Below, piece after piece: positions 28,523-40,665 of a DNA stretch of 64,000 bases. Each line of letters starts with the position of its first letter. Position 1 is the stretch's first letter. Source of the stretch: an uncultured Candidatus Rokubacteria bacterium (lineage in GTDB: Bacteria; Methylomirabilota; Methylomirabilia; Rokubacteriales; CSP1-6); contig CAVVEU010000014.1 of the NCBI GenBank assembly GCA_963747235.1, positions 1 to 64,000 of the forward strand, read 5' to 3'. Made by a program: the position numbers and the translations under genes. Under the pieces are notes generated by a model that worked only from the letters and a program-made list of their open reading frames with translations, ran no database searches and was not told the DNA's origin.

Positions 28523-28690
28523 GGGAACAAACGATAGCACAGGCAAGCCACCTCGCGGGGGTGAGGTGGCGACCGGAGCTCTCTTTCGTCCGTATCCGCT
28601 CGGCTCGCCTTCGGCTGCGCCTCGCCAAGCCACTGCCCCGGACAGTCGTTCCGGGGCGGACCTTGCGTACGTGCTACCTGGCGCTGCGTG

Positions 28691-30530
<1,840 letters not shown>

Positions 30531-30540
30531 GGGCCTGCTC

Positions 30541-31929
30541 CTAGTGCTTGGGCTTCTTGTCCTTCTGCTTCCGGGCGACCCATCCCTCGCGCGTCTCCTG
30601 CCGGCCGCGGGCCACCGCCAGCGAGCCCGGCGGCACGTTCTTGGTGATCACCGAGCCCGCCGCCACGTAGGCGCCCTCGCCGATGGTGAGCGGCGCCACC
30701 AGGCTCGAGTTGGTGCCCACGAAGACGCCGTCGCCGATCACCGTCTCGTGCTTGGCCACGCCGTCGTAGTTGCAGGTGATGGTGCCGGCCCCGATGTTCA
30801 CGCCCTCGCCCATCTGGGTGTCGCCGACGTAGGACAGATGCGGCACCTTGGAGCCGCGCCCGATCCGCGACTTCTTCAGCTCCACGAAGTTGCCGATCTT
30901 GGCCTTCGCGCCCACGTGGCTCAGCGGGCGCAGGTGGCAGAAGGGACCGAGCTGGGCGTCGTCCTCGACGGTCGAGGACGCGAGCACGCAGTACGGCTTG
31001 AGCAGCACGCGATCGCCGAGCGTCGTGTCGGCCACGTGGCAGCCGGTGTTCACCACGCACTCGGCGCCCACCACCGTCCGGCCTTCCAGGATCACGCCCG
31101 GATGCAGCACGGTATCGGCGCCGATCGTCACGGTGTCGTCCACGTAGGTGGTGGCGGGGTCGATCACGGTCACGCCGGCGGCCATGAGCCGGTCGAGGAT
31201 GCGCCGCCGCATGATGGCGGCCAGCTCCGCGAGCTGCTTGCGGTCGTTGACGCCCAGGCATTCGCTCGGATCCGCGGTGATCACGGCCTCGAGCCGCTGC
31301 CCCTGGCGATGCAGGATCCCGATCACGTCGGTCAGGTAGTACTCGCTCTGCTCGTTCTCGGGCGTGACCTGGGCCAGCGCGGGCCAGAAGCGCGCGGCGT
31401 CGAAGCAGTACACGCTGGTGCCGATCTCGCGGATCTGCCGCTGGGCCGGCGTCGCGTCGCGGTGCTCGACGATGCCCACCGGCCGGCCCTGCTCCCGCAC
31501 CACGCGACCGTAGCCGGTGGGGTCCGCCACCTCCGCGGTCAGCAGCGTGGCCGCCGCGCCGGTCTGCACGTGGTGGTCCACGAGCCGCTTGAGCGTCGCG
31601 TCCGAGAGCAGCGGCACGTCGCCCGGCAGGACCAGCAGCGTGCCGGGGCCATCGCCGCAGGCGACGCGCGCCTGCAGCACCGCGTGCCCGGTGCCCAGGC
31701 GCTCCTTCTGCTCCACGAAGCCGGCCCCGGTCTCCGGGGAGACCGCCGCCCGCACCTCGTCGGCCGCGCGGCCCACCACCACGACGACCCGGCTTCCGAG
31801 CGTCCGGGCCGCGGTGACGGGATAGGCGATCAGGGGGCGCCCGCAGAGGCTGTGGAGGACCTTGGGCCGGTTCGAACGCATGCGCTTGGCCTCGCCGGCC
31901 GCGAGGATGACGGTGGTGAGCTGAGTCAT
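30541..31929 (-). CDS. glmU: bifunctional UDP-GlcNAc pyrophosphorylase/glucosamine-1-P acetyltransferase
   Basis: VILAAG...RMRSNRPKVLH, LGTGHA, EYYLTD, GNFVELK, GAGTITCNYDG. Confidence 0.96.
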   Translation of the reverse strand: MTQLTTVILAAGEAKRMRSNRPKVLHSLCGRPLIAYPVTAARTLGSRVVVVVGRAADEVRAAVSPETGAGFVEQKERLGTGHAVLQARVACGDGPGTLLVLPGDVPLLSDATLKRLVDHHVQTGAAATLLTAEVADPTGYGRVVREQGRPVGIVEHRDATPAQRQIREIGTSVYCFDAARFWPALAQVTPENEQSEYYLTDVIGILHRQGQRLEAVITADPSECLGVNDRKQLAELAAIMRRRILDRLMAAGVTVIDPATTYVDDTVTIGADTVLHPGVILEGRTVVGAECVVNTGCHVADTTLGDRVLLKPYCVLASSTVEDDAQLGPFCHLRPLSHVGAKAKIGNFVELKKSRIGRGSKVPHLSYVGDTQMGEGVNIGAGTITCNYDGVAKHETVIGDGVFVGTNSSLVAPLTIGEGAYVAAGSVITKNVPPGSLAVARGRQETREGWVARKQKDKKPKH

Positions 31930-32024
31930 TGTAAGAACCATCGTAGCACGCGGCATGCCACGCTCCCGGACCGCGGTTTCAGCCTCGAAAAGACGCGCGA
32001 AGCTGCGTCGATTGCCGCTCGATG

Positions 32025-33020
32025 CTAGCGCGTCCTGTTGCGCAGATGAGACAGGATTCGGTCGATCCTGTCGGGCAGAGGACACGAAAAGTCCATCGGC
32101 GCGCCCGTCGTCGGGTGCGCGAACGCGAGACCCGCCGCGTGGAGCGCCACTCCCCCGAGCTCGGCGATCAGCTCGGTCAGCCGGGCATCCCCGGCCGGCG
32201 CCGCGCGGCGACCCCGGTAGGTGTCGTCGCCCAGGAGCGGGATGCCCCAGCGAGGCCAGGTGCACGCGAATCTGATGGGTGCGCCCGGTCTCGAGCCGGC
32301 ACTCGATCAAGGACACCGCCCCCGCCGCGGCGCCGAAGCGCTCGAGCACGCGGAAGTGCGTGACCGCGCGCTTGCCCTTGCCCTCCTTCAGCACCGCCAT
32401 GCGCAGGCGCGAGTGCGGGTCGCGCCCGATGGCCGTGTCGATCACGCCCTGGGCCCGCCGCACCGAGCCCTGGGCCAGGCAGAGATAGCGCCGGCTGACG
32501 GTGCGCCGCGCGAGCTGGGCGGTGAGGGCGTCATAGGCCGCCTGGGTCTTGGCCAGCACGATCAGCCCGGAGGTGCCCTTGTCCAGGCGGTGCACGATCC
32601 CCGGTCGGCGGGGGCTGCCGACCCCGGCCATCGCCGGGCGCGTGCGCGAGCGCGGCCGCGGCCAGCGTGCCGGTGGGCCGCCCGGCCCCCGGATGCGTCA
32701 CCATGCCCACCGGCTTGTCCACGACGAGCACGTGCTCGTCCTCGAACACGATGGTGAGCGCGACCGCCTCCGGCGGCCAGCCCATCCCGGGGCGGCGGCG
32801 GGATCGACACCTCCACCGCGTCGCCCGCCTGCAGCCGGTACGAGGCCTTCACCACCCGCCCGCCGACCACCACGCGCCCCGCCTCGATCAGCCCCTTCAC
32901 GCGCATCCGCGACAGGCCTTCGAGCCGTGCCGCCAGCCACACGTCCAGCCGCGCGCCCTCGTCCGCCGCATTCACGACGCCATGCCAGTCCCGGGGGAGA
33001 TCCGCCTCGGCGTCGCTCAT
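32025..33020 (-). CDS. rluD: RluA/RluD family pseudouridine synthase (several apparent indels)
   Basis: S4 domain RLDVWLA, VVDKPVG..HPG, GIVHRLDKGTSG, LETGRTHQIRVH. Confidence 0.88.
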
Positions 33021-33063
33021 CGGGACCCGGTCGCTGCCCGGGCAACCGCGCCGCGCACGGAGA

Positions 33064-33540
33064 TCAGCGAGACGGGGAGGGCGGCGCCGTGAGCATGCGG
33101 AGCGCCAGCAGCACCACGCCGACGGAGATGGACGCGTCCGCCACGTTGAAGGCCGGCCAGTGGTAGCCGCGCCAGTAGAAGTCGAGGAAGTCCACCACCG
33201 CGCCGAAGCGCGCGCGGTCGATCAGGTTGCCGACCGCGCCGCCGAAGATGAGCCCCAGGGCGAGCGGGGTGAGCCGCCCGCCCGTCGGCAGCATGCGCAG
33301 GCCCACGACCGCCAGCACCCCGAGCGCGCCGATCGACAGCAGGGCCACGAGCCAGCGCCAGCCCGCGGGCGTGCCCGCGAGCATCCCGAAGGCGAGACCG
33401 GGATTCATCACGAGGGTGAGGGAGAAGAACGCGTCGATCACGTGGACCGGGCGGCCGGGGGCCAGGCGCTCGAGCGCCAGGTGCTTGGTGACCAGATCCA
33501 GGACGAGGACGACGACCGCGGTGAGGCCGGCCGACCTCAC
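33064..33540 (-). CDS. lspA: signal peptidase II
   Basis: [32 protein letters not shown]; GTG overlaps ileS stop. Confidence 0.95.
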   Translation of the reverse strand: MRSAGLTAVVVLVLDLVTKHLALERLAPGRPVHVIDAFFSLTLVMNPGLAFGMLAGTPAGWRWLVALLSIGALGVLAVVGLRMLPTGGRLTPLALGLIFGGAVGNLIDRARFGAVVDFLDFYWRGYHWPAFNVADASISVGVVLLALRMLTAPPSPSR

Positions 33541-36383
33541 CGCTGGAGCGCCGTCACGACCGGGGCGCAGCGCTCGCAGAGGGTCGGGTGCGCGGAGTCC
33601 TCGCCCACGCGCGGGCTCCAGGTCCAGCAGCGCTCGCACTTCTTCCAGCCGAGGGTCTGCGCGGGCACGACCTCGAGGACGAGGCCGGGGATGTCCTGGC
33701 TCTCGTACCGCACCGCCTCCCCCGGGGCCCGCTGCTTGAGCCGCGTCCCGGAGACGTTGAAGAGGGTGGTGAGCAGGGCTTCCCCCTTGGCCTCGAGCAG
33801 CGGGAGCCACTGCTCCTCGGGCGCGCTCGGGACGTAGAGGACCGCGTCGATGCCCTTGCCGATCTTCCCCTGCTGGCGGGCGGCCTCGAGCGCGCGCGAG
33901 ACCTCGCCGCGCACCTCGAGCAGCCGATCCCAGTCCGCGCTGAGCCGCTCGTTCAGCCACTCCCCGCGCTCCTCGGGGAAGGTGACGAGGTGCACGCTCT
34001 CCGGCTTGCCGCGCCCCGGGATGTGCGACCACACCTCGTCGGAGGTGAAGGTCAGGATCGGCGCCATCAGCCGCGTCAGCGCGGTCAGCACCTCGAAGCA
34101 GACGGTCTGCGAGGCGCGCCGGCGCGAGTCGTCGGGCGCGGACACGTAGAGCCGGTCCTTGATGATGTCGAGGTAGAGCGACGAGAGATCCACCGCGCAG
34201 AAGTTGTGGATGGCGTGGAACGCGACGTGGAACTGGTAGTCCTCGTACGCCCGCCGCACCCGCGCGATCAGCCCGCCCAGCCGCAGCAGGGCCCAGTGGT
34301 CGAGCTCGTCCATGTCGCCGTACGGGCGCCGGTCGCGCTCCGGGTCGAAGTCGGCCAGGGTGCCGAGGAGGAAGCGCGAGGTGTTCCGGATCCGCCGGTA
34401 GGCGTCGGCGAGCCGGTTCAGGATCTCGTTCGAGAGCCGGATGTCCTCGGACGAATCCTCCGCCGCCACCCACAGGCGCAGGACCTCGGCGCCGTACTTC
34501 GGGATCAGCTCGTCGGGGGAGATGTTGTTGCCGCCCGACTTGGACATCTTCCGCCCCGCGCCGTCCACCACGAAGCCGTGGGTGAGGACGGAGCGATAGG
34601 GCGGCTTGTCGCGCGTGCCCACCGCCTCGAGCAGCGAGGAGTGGAACCAGCCGCGATGCTGGTCCGAGCCCTCCAGGTACATCTCGGCGGGCCAGCGCAG
34701 CTCCGGCCGGGTCTCCAGCACCGCGGCGTGGCTGCAGCCGGAGTCGAACCACACGTCGAGGATGTCGGTCTCCTTGCGGAACTCCCCGCCGCCGCACGCC
34801 GGACAGCGCGTGCCCGCGGGCAGGAGCGCGGCCGCCTCCCGCGTGTACCACTCATCCGCGCCCGCGCCGTCGCGCATGATCCCGGCCACGTGCGCGATCA
34901 GCGCCTCGTCGAGGAGCAGCCCCTCGCAGCTCGTGCAGTAGAAGGCGACGATGGGCACGCCCCACACGCGCTGGCGGGAGATGACCCACTCCGGCCGGTG
35001 CGCGACCATGTTGTAGATGCGCTCCTCGCCCCAGCCCGGGATCCACGTCACCTCGTTCCGGATCGCGTCGAGCGCCTTCTGGCGCAGCCCGTGGCGGTCC
35101 AGCGCGATGAACCACTGCTCGGTGGCGCGGAACAGCGTCGGGTTCTTGCAGCGCCAGCAGTGCGGGTAGGTGTGCTGGAGCGGCACCTGGGCCACGAGCG
35201 CGCCGGCCCCGCGCAGGTGCTCGATGATGCGCGGGTTCGCCTCCCAGACGGTCTGGCCCGCGAAGTAGGCGACCTCGGGGATGAAGCGCCCGTCGTCGTC
35301 CACCGGGTTGTAGATCTTGAGGCCGGCCCGTCGGCCGAGCTCGTAGTCTTCCTCACCGTGGCCGGGCGCGATGTGGACCAGGCCGGTGCCCGCGTCCATC
35401 GCCACGAAGTCCGCGGTGAGCACCGGCGCGTCGCGATCGATCCACGGGTGCCGGGCCACCATCCCCTCGAGCGCCTGCCCCGGCACCGCGAGCGGCAGCG
35501 CGGCGCCGAGCCCCTTCACGCCGGGCAGGCGCAGGAAGGCCTCGAGCAGCGGCTGGGCGACGACGAGGGCCTGGCCGTCGAGCTCCACCGCGGTGTAGGT
35601 CTCGGTCGGGTGCACCGCGATCGCGAGGTTGGCGGGCAGGGTCCACGGCGTGGTCGTCCAGATCACGAGCGAGACCGGCCGGCCGCCGACCGCGCGGGCG
35701 ATCTCCGCGGGCACCGTCTTGACCGGGAACTTCACGTAGACCGAGGGCGTGGTCTGGTCCTCGTACTCCACCTCGGCCTGGGCGAGCGCGGTCTTGCAGT
35801 GCATGCACCAGTGCACGGGCTTGAGGCCCTTGTGCACCAGGTCGCGGCCCACGAAGCGCCCGAACTCGCGCACGATCACCGCCTGGTAGGCGGGCGCCAT
35901 CGTCCGGTAGGGATCGCTCCAGTCGCCGAACACGCCCAGGCGCCGGAACTCCTCGCGCTGGATGTCGATGAACTTGGACGCGTACTCGCGGCAGCGGCGG
36001 CGCTTCTCCATGGGGTCCATGGCCTGGCGCACGTCCACGCTCGCCTGGTCGAGGCCGAGCTCCTTGTCCACCTGGTGCTCGATCGGCAGCCCGTGGCAGT
36101 CCCACCCCGGCACGTAGACCGCGTTGTGGCCCAGCATGGCGCGCGATTTCACGACGAGATCCTTGAGGATCTTGTTCAGCGCGGTGCCCATGTGGATGTG
36201 GCCGTTCGCGTACGGGGGCCCGTCGTGGAGGATCCACAGGGGACGGTTCGCCGAGGCCTGCCGGATCCGCCCGTAGATGTCCATCGCCGCCCAGCGCTCG
36301 AGCCATTCCGGCTCCATCTTGGGCAGGTTGGCCTTCATGGGAAAGGCGGTCTTGGGCAGGTTTAGCGTGTCCTTGTAATCCAT
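33537..36383 (-). CDS. ileS: isoleucine-tRNA ligase
   Basis: [13 protein letters not shown] (HIGH-like), [21 protein letters not shown]-terminal CERCW..CERC. Confidence 0.98.
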   Translation of the reverse strand: MDYKDTLNLPKTAFPMKANLPKMEPEWLERWAAMDIYGRIRQASANRPLWILHDGPPYANGHIHMGTALNKILKDLVVKSRAMLGHNAVYVPGWDCHGLPIEHQVDKELGLDQASVDVRQAMDPMEKRRRCREYASKFIDIQREEFRRLGVFGDWSDPYRTMAPAYQAVIVREFGRFVGRDLVHKGLKPVHWCMHCKTALAQAEVEYEDQTTPSVYVKFPVKTVPAEIARAVGGRPVSLVIWTTTPWTLPANLAIAVHPTETYTAVELDGQALVVAQPLLEAFLRLPGVKGLGAALPLAVPGQALEGMVARHPWIDRDAPVLTADFVAMDAGTGLVHIAPGHGEEDYELGRRAGLKIYNPVDDDGRFIPEVAYFAGQTVWEANPRIIEHLRGAGALVAQVPLQHTYPHCWRCKNPTLFRATEQWFIALDRHGLRQKALDAIRNEVTWIPGWGEERIYNMVAHRPEWVISRQRVWGVPIVAFYCTSCEGLLLDEALIAHVAGIMRDGAGADEWYTREAAALLPAGTRCPACGGGEFRKETDILDVWFDSGCSHAAVLETRPELRWPAEMYLEGSDQHRGWFHSSLLEAVGTRDKPPYRSVLTHGFVVDGAGRKMSKSGGNNISPDELIPKYGAEVLRLWVAAEDSSEDIRLSNEILNRLADAYRRIRNTSRFLLGTLADFDPERDRRPYGDMDELDHWALLRLGGLIARVRRAYEDYQFHVAFHAIHNFCAVDLSSLYLDIIKDRLYVSAPDDSRRRASQTVCFEVLTALTRLMAPILTFTSDEVWSHIPGRGKPESVHLVTFPEERGEWLNERLSADWDRLLEVRGEVSRALEAARQQGKIGKGIDAVLYVPSAPEEQWLPLLEAKGEALLTTLFNVSGTRLKQRAPGEAVRYESQDIPGLVLEVVPAQTLGWKKCERCWTWSPRVGEDSAHPTLCERCAPVVTALQR

Positions 36384-36454
36384 AGAGGGGTAACGCTAGC
36401 ACTCCTCAGGGGTCCCGGCAAGAACGGGGCCCCCCGGAGCGGGCCGACGGCGGG

Positions 36455-37084
36455 CTACTTCTTGGGGGTCAGCGTGACGACGCGGGCGGCGCTGTCGATC
36501 GTGACGATGAAGTGGTCGAGGAAGTCGCGACCGAGCAGGCCGTCGCGACCCGCGCCGAGGCCGGAATCGTGCGAGACGACCATCAGCGGGCCGACCCGGG
36601 CGCCTTCCACCTCGATGCTCTCGATCCGCACCGCGAGGACGTTGGCGTCGCCGGTCACACCCTTGATCGAGCCGCGGACGGCATCCCGGTAGCTGATGCC
36701 CAGCGCGGCCAGGGCGGTGGGGCTGATCAGCGTCCCCTGGGCTCCCGTGTCGAGGATGAGCTGGGTGGTGCCGCCGCCGTTGATCTTGGCGGACACCATG
36801 ATCGGCTGGCCGGGCGTGAACGGGATACGGGCCACCCCCACCGGGGCGCTCGGCGCCGCGGGCTCGGGTGTGGCGGGAGCGGGCGGCGGGGCCTGGCTCG
36901 GCGAGCCCACGATGACCGCCCCGCCGCGGAGCTGCGGCGGCACGCTGTTGATGCCCTGCGAGAAGCGCACCTCACCCCGCTCGTCGGTCCAGCGGTAGAT
37001 CTGCGCGGACGCGGGCGCGATCGCGCCCGACAGCAAGCTGCCGAGCGCCAGGCCCGTCGCGAGGAGGGGGAGGAGACCTTTCAT
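36455..37084 (-). CDS. secreted DUF4124 + retropepsin-like aspartic protease
   Basis: Signal peptide, IYRWTDERG, ILDTGA, GLLGRDFL. Confidence 0.85.
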   Translation of the reverse strand: MKGLLPLLATGLALGSLLSGAIAPASAQIYRWTDERGEVRFSQGINSVPPQLRGGAVIVGSPSQAPPPAPATPEPAAPSAPVGVARIPFTPGQPIMVSAKINGGGTTQLILDTGAQGTLISPTALAALGISYRDAVRGSIKGVTGDANVLAVRIESIEVEGARVGPLMVVSHDSGLGAGRDGLLGRDFLDHFIVTIDSAARVVTLTPKK

Positions 37085-38742
37085 GGATACCTGATGGCAA
37101 TTATACGGTTCCGGGGAATTTCCACGGGCGCCTCCCGTGGAGGCCCCAGGCTCCGGGCCAGGGCTCCCGGACAGGGCTGACGGGCAGCGCGCCACCGGCT
37201 CCAGGCGGTCTCGTAGACCACCAGCTCGTCGGCCCCCGCCACCTCGTTGTGAGCGAGCCTCACGCGGTACACGGGATGGAAGCGCTCGGCCATCGCCGAG
37301 ATGGTCGGGAACCAGGCCGGGAAGACGATCAGGTAGTCGGGGCAGGCCTGCTCGAGATAGCGCAGGACGCCCGTCTCGCCATCCCGGCGGAACGGGATGA
37401 TGGCGGGCGTGACCAGGCCCATCACGTCCACGACCTCGCGGCGCGAGATGTAGGCGATCGCGCCCACGTCGTTCAGCCCGATGCGCGCCGTGGGGGGCGT
37501 GTGGCTCGCGACCCAGTGGCCGAGATGCACCTGCATCGCCTCGATGTTCTGGACCGCCCAGCCGTGGCGCGTCGCCGCGGACGGCAGCGCCGCGACGGCG
37601 GCGATGAGGAGCGCGGCGGCGGCGATCCATCCCGCGCGTCCCCTCACCCATCCAAGCCCCCTCACCCATCCAAGCCCCCTCACCCTGCCCTCTCCCCCGG
37701 AGGGGGAGAGGGAGAAGAGCGGGGTGAGGGGGACGATGGCGACGACGAGGGCGAGCGGAAGGAGGTGGATGGAGTAGCGGCCCTCCTGGAAGGACGGGGC
37801 GCGGTAGGGTGCGAGCAGGGCCATCGCGAGCGGATGGAGCACGAGCACGGAGGCGGGCGCCAGCGCCGCGCGGCCGACGTGACGCCCGAGCCACCAGAGC
37901 CCCGGCAGCAGCAGGAGCGGCAGCAGCGCGTCCACCCGCCACAGCCAGCGCACCCATTCCGTCTCGAATTGCCACGGCCGCCCGAGCAGCGTCGTGTGGA
38001 GCGGCTCGCGCACGCCCGCGAGAAACCCGACGAGGCCGCCCTCGATCTTCGCCGCCGCCGTGGCCGGCAGCGGGGTCCCGGTCGTGACCAGATTGAAGAC
38101 GACCCAGGGCGCCAGGAGCCCCGCGACCGGAAGGCCCCACGCCAGCGCGCGCCGCCCCGTGAGCGAGCCGCCCAGCCAGAAAAGCGGCAACAGCAGGGCG
38201 GTCTCGGGGCGAGCGAGCGCGGCAAGCCCGAGCGCGGCGCCCGCCGCCCAGGTGCCGCCGCGCGCGTGCCGCACGAGGGCGGCCGTCACCAGCAGCGCGG
38301 CGAGCGTGACCTCCATGCCGGACAGCGCGCCCCACACCATCGGCCCGGCCAGCGCGACGAGCACGGAGGCGAGGACGGCGACGTCGTGGCGCCCCGCCCA
38401 GATCAGGGCCAGGCGGCCGGCCAGCCACGCGGTCCCGAGCGTGGCGGCGATCCCCAGCGCCTTCGCCAGCACCGGGTGGCTGCCGAACACCGCGAACACC
38501 GCGCCGAGCGCGAGAGTCCAGAGCGGCGCGGTCGAGCCCGATACCGGCACGCCCGGGTTGTAGGAGAAGCCGCGCCCCTCGGCCAGATTCCGCGCGAACT
38601 GCATGTGGATCCACGAATCGTCGAGCGGGAAAGCCTCCACGCCGAGCACGCCCGCGAGCTCACGCGTTCTCAGCAGGAAGAAGCCGATCGCCAGGGCGAG
38701 GGCGGCGACCGGGGCGGCGACGGCGAGCGTCCGGCCCCTCAC
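37081..38742 (-). CDS. GT-C-type polytopic membrane glycosyltransferase-like protein
   Basis: PLDDSWIHMQFARNLAEGRG..NPG...GSTAPLW, SGME, LARPE; many TM helices; in-frame palindromic insert. Confidence 0.75.
   Translation of the reverse strand: MRGRTLAVAAPVAALALAIGFFLLRTRELAGVLGVEAFPLDDSWIHMQFARNLAEGRGFSYNPGVPVSGSTAPLWTLALGAVFAVFGSHPVLAKALGIAATLGTAWLAGRLALIWAGRHDVAVLASVLVALAGPMVWGALSGMEVTLAALLVTAALVRHARGGTWAAGAALGLAALARPETALLLPLFWLGGSLTGRRALAWGLPVAGLLAPWVVFNLVTTGTPLPATAAAKIEGGLVGFLAGVREPLHTTLLGRPWQFETEWVRWLWRVDALLPLLLLPGLWWLGRHVGRAALAPASVLVLHPLAMALLAPYRAPSFQEGRYSIHLLPLALVVAIVPLTPLFSLSPSGGEGRVRGLGWVRGLGWVRGRAGWIAAAALLIAAVAALPSAATRHGWAVQNIEAMQVHLGHWVASHTPPTARIGLNDVGAIAYISRREVVDVMGLVTPAIIPFRRDGETGVLRYLEQACPDYLIVFPAWFPTISAMAERFHPVYRVRLAHNEVAGADELVVYETAWSRWRAARQPCPGALARSLGPPREAPVEIPRNRIIAIRYP
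37640..37732. repeat. palindromic element plus 18-bp tandem repeats inside a CDS
   Basis: cccctcacccatccaagc x2, then ccccctcaccctgccctctccccc-gga-gggggagaggg, same family as 11458-11496. Confidence 0.85.
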
Positions 38743-40349
38743 CGGGCGGCGCGCTCGAAGGTGTAGCCGGCGTACTCGGCGGGTGTGCGGGTGAGCGGCA
38801 GGACGTAGAGATAGCGGCCGTACGGGAGCTGGACTTCCCGCAGTCCGTCGGGCCGCGGTGTCGCCGGATCCCAGTGGTCCACGAACCAGACGAGCCGTCG
38901 AATCTCGGCGGGCAGCCGGATGTGCGAGCCCGGCGTGAGGATCATGGTGGCGGAGGACTGCGGCGCGTAGAAGCCGGGGGGCATCGGACCGACCTGCACC
39001 TGGTAGATCGGGTACTCCGGCATGTAGAACATCGCGTGGCGCAGCCACGGGTAGGAGCGCGGATTGCCGAGCTCGGTCACGAGCGCGGTATCGGAGGGCT
39101 CGTAGACGGTGCGGATGGTCTCGACGTAGGTGCGGATCACCGCCTCGTGCTCACGCAGCGCGGCCGCGGTGCGGCTCATGATCCAGTCGTGGAACTCGTC
39201 GCGCGCCCGCCAGATCCACCGATCGCCCCCGGCCCGGTGCTCGAACTCACGCGGCAACGGACGCGCGCTCACGAAGAAGCCGGTGTTGATCAGCACCAGC
39301 GGCAGCACCGCGGCGGCGGTGAGCGCCCAGCGCCAGTTGGGCCGGCGCAGCCGCTCGGAGCCCGCCGCGACCGCCCACACGAGGACCCGGCTCAGCAGGA
39401 TCACGAGCGCGGGCAGGAAGGTCAGCACGTAGCCCGCCTGCCCGAAGTGCACGAGCGTATAGAAGATACCCGCCGGAAGCATCCACGCGAGCAGGAAGAG
39501 CTCGGGCGCGCGCCAGCCCACGCGGCGCGCGTACACCGGCAACGCGAGCGCCACCAGGCCGAGCGGGCCGAGCCCGACCAGGGTGGACTCGAGCAGGTAG
39601 CGCACCTGGGCGAGCGTGACCTCGAGCGAGCCGCCGAGCACCGAGGTCGGGAAGAGCACCGAGCCGTAGAGCTGCGTGGAAGCGGACAGGTAGGCGGCGG
39701 GACCACCGCTCAGCCACACCATCGGCACGAGCCAGGCGAGCACGGAGGCGACCAGGATCCCGCCCGCCAGCGCCAGGCGGCGCCGCGAGCGGACACCCCA
39801 CAGCGCGCACCCGAGCCAGAGCGGCAGGAGCAGGAGCAGCACCGACTGCCGCACGCCGCCGGTGAGACCCAAGGCCAGCGCGCCACAGTAGAGATGCCGC
39901 ACGCTGCCGCCGAGCGTGGCGTAAGCGAACCAGGCCACCACCGACGCGGCGAACGCTTCGCCGGCATAGGTGAGGCCCACCGAGCCGTAGAACCAGAAGA
40001 GCGGGCTGACCGCCAGCAGCGACGCCGCCACCAGCGCGGTGGCGCGATCGTAGAGCCGGCGCGCCAGCGCGTAGAGGACAAAGGTGGAGCCGGCGCTGAA
40101 GAGCATCGCGAGCGCCACGTAGGCCAGGGTGGGATCGCCGAGCGAGGCGTTGAGCAGACGGCCCAGCGCGACGTAGAGAAGGTAGCCCGGCGGATGCGGC
40201 TGGTGCTTGGCGACGTCGAACTCGCGGAGCGCGAGGGCGAACTGGACCGCGTCCCAGTTGTAGAGCATGCGGGCGCGATAGGGCCAGCGCGAGAGGAGCG
40301 TGACGACGGCAAGTCCCAGCGCCAGGCACAGGTCGCCGTGGCGCGCCAC
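38739..40349 (-). CDS. GT-C-type membrane protein (DUF2723/PMT-like)
   Basis: WDAVQFALAL..FDVAKHQPHPPGYLLY motif; many TM helices. Confidence 0.75.
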   Translation of the reverse strand: MARHGDLCLALGLAVVTLLSRWPYRARMLYNWDAVQFALALREFDVAKHQPHPPGYLLYVALGRLLNASLGDPTLAYVALAMLFSAGSTFVLYALARRLYDRATALVAASLLAVSPLFWFYGSVGLTYAGEAFAASVVAWFAYATLGGSVRHLYCGALALGLTGGVRQSVLLLLLPLWLGCALWGVRSRRRLALAGGILVASVLAWLVPMVWLSGGPAAYLSASTQLYGSVLFPTSVLGGSLEVTLAQVRYLLESTLVGLGPLGLVALALPVYARRVGWRAPELFLLAWMLPAGIFYTLVHFGQAGYVLTFLPALVILLSRVLVWAVAAGSERLRRPNWRWALTAAAVLPLVLINTGFFVSARPLPREFEHRAGGDRWIWRARDEFHDWIMSRTAAALREHEAVIRTYVETIRTVYEPSDTALVTELGNPRSYPWLRHAMFYMPEYPIYQVQVGPMPPGFYAPQSSATMILTPGSHIRLPAEIRRLVWFVDHWDPATPRPDGLREVQLPYGRYLYVLPLTRTPAEYAGYTFERAAR

Positions 40350-40410
40350 GCGGGCGATGCGAGAGGAGTCGAGGAGGCGGCGGGTGACGAAGTGCTTCAG
40401 GGGAGCGGAA

Positions 40411-40602
40411 CTACGCCTTCTTCTCGTCGTCCTTCTTCACCGCGGCGGCCGTGTCATCTTCCTTCACCTCGGCCACGCCCTTCTTGAACTCCTTGATGCT
40501 GCCGCCGAGCGAACGGGCCAGATCGGGGAGACGCTGGGCCCCGAAGAGGATCAGTACGATGACCAGGATCAACAGCAGCTCTTGATATCCCAAACCGAAC
40601 AT
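40411..40602 (-). CDS. tatA: twin-arginine translocase TatA/E
   Basis: MFGLGYQELLLILVIVLILFGAQRLPDLARSLGGSIKEFKKG; AGGAG RBS. Confidence 0.93.
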   Translation of the reverse strand: MFGLGYQELLLILVIVLILFGAQRLPDLARSLGGSIKEFKKGVAEVKEDDTAAAVKKDDEKKA

Positions 40603-40636
40603 GGCGGGACTCCTTTCCTTTTCCTGACGCCCCCTT

Positions 40637-40665
40637 ACCCTACGCGCCCACCCCGGGGTTGTCAA
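40637..40665 (-). promoter_or_regulatory. putative tatA promoter embedded in selB 3' end
   Basis: TTGACA-17nt-TAGGGT. Confidence 0.5.

Noticed and set aside
28540-28690. glmS ribozyme, c-di-GMP riboswitch or SRP RNA
   Set aside because: It lies downstream of glmS, and I could not find the conserved cores of these families.
37640-37690. CRISPR array
   Set aside because: Only two and a half contiguous 18-bp units, with no spacers and no cas genes.
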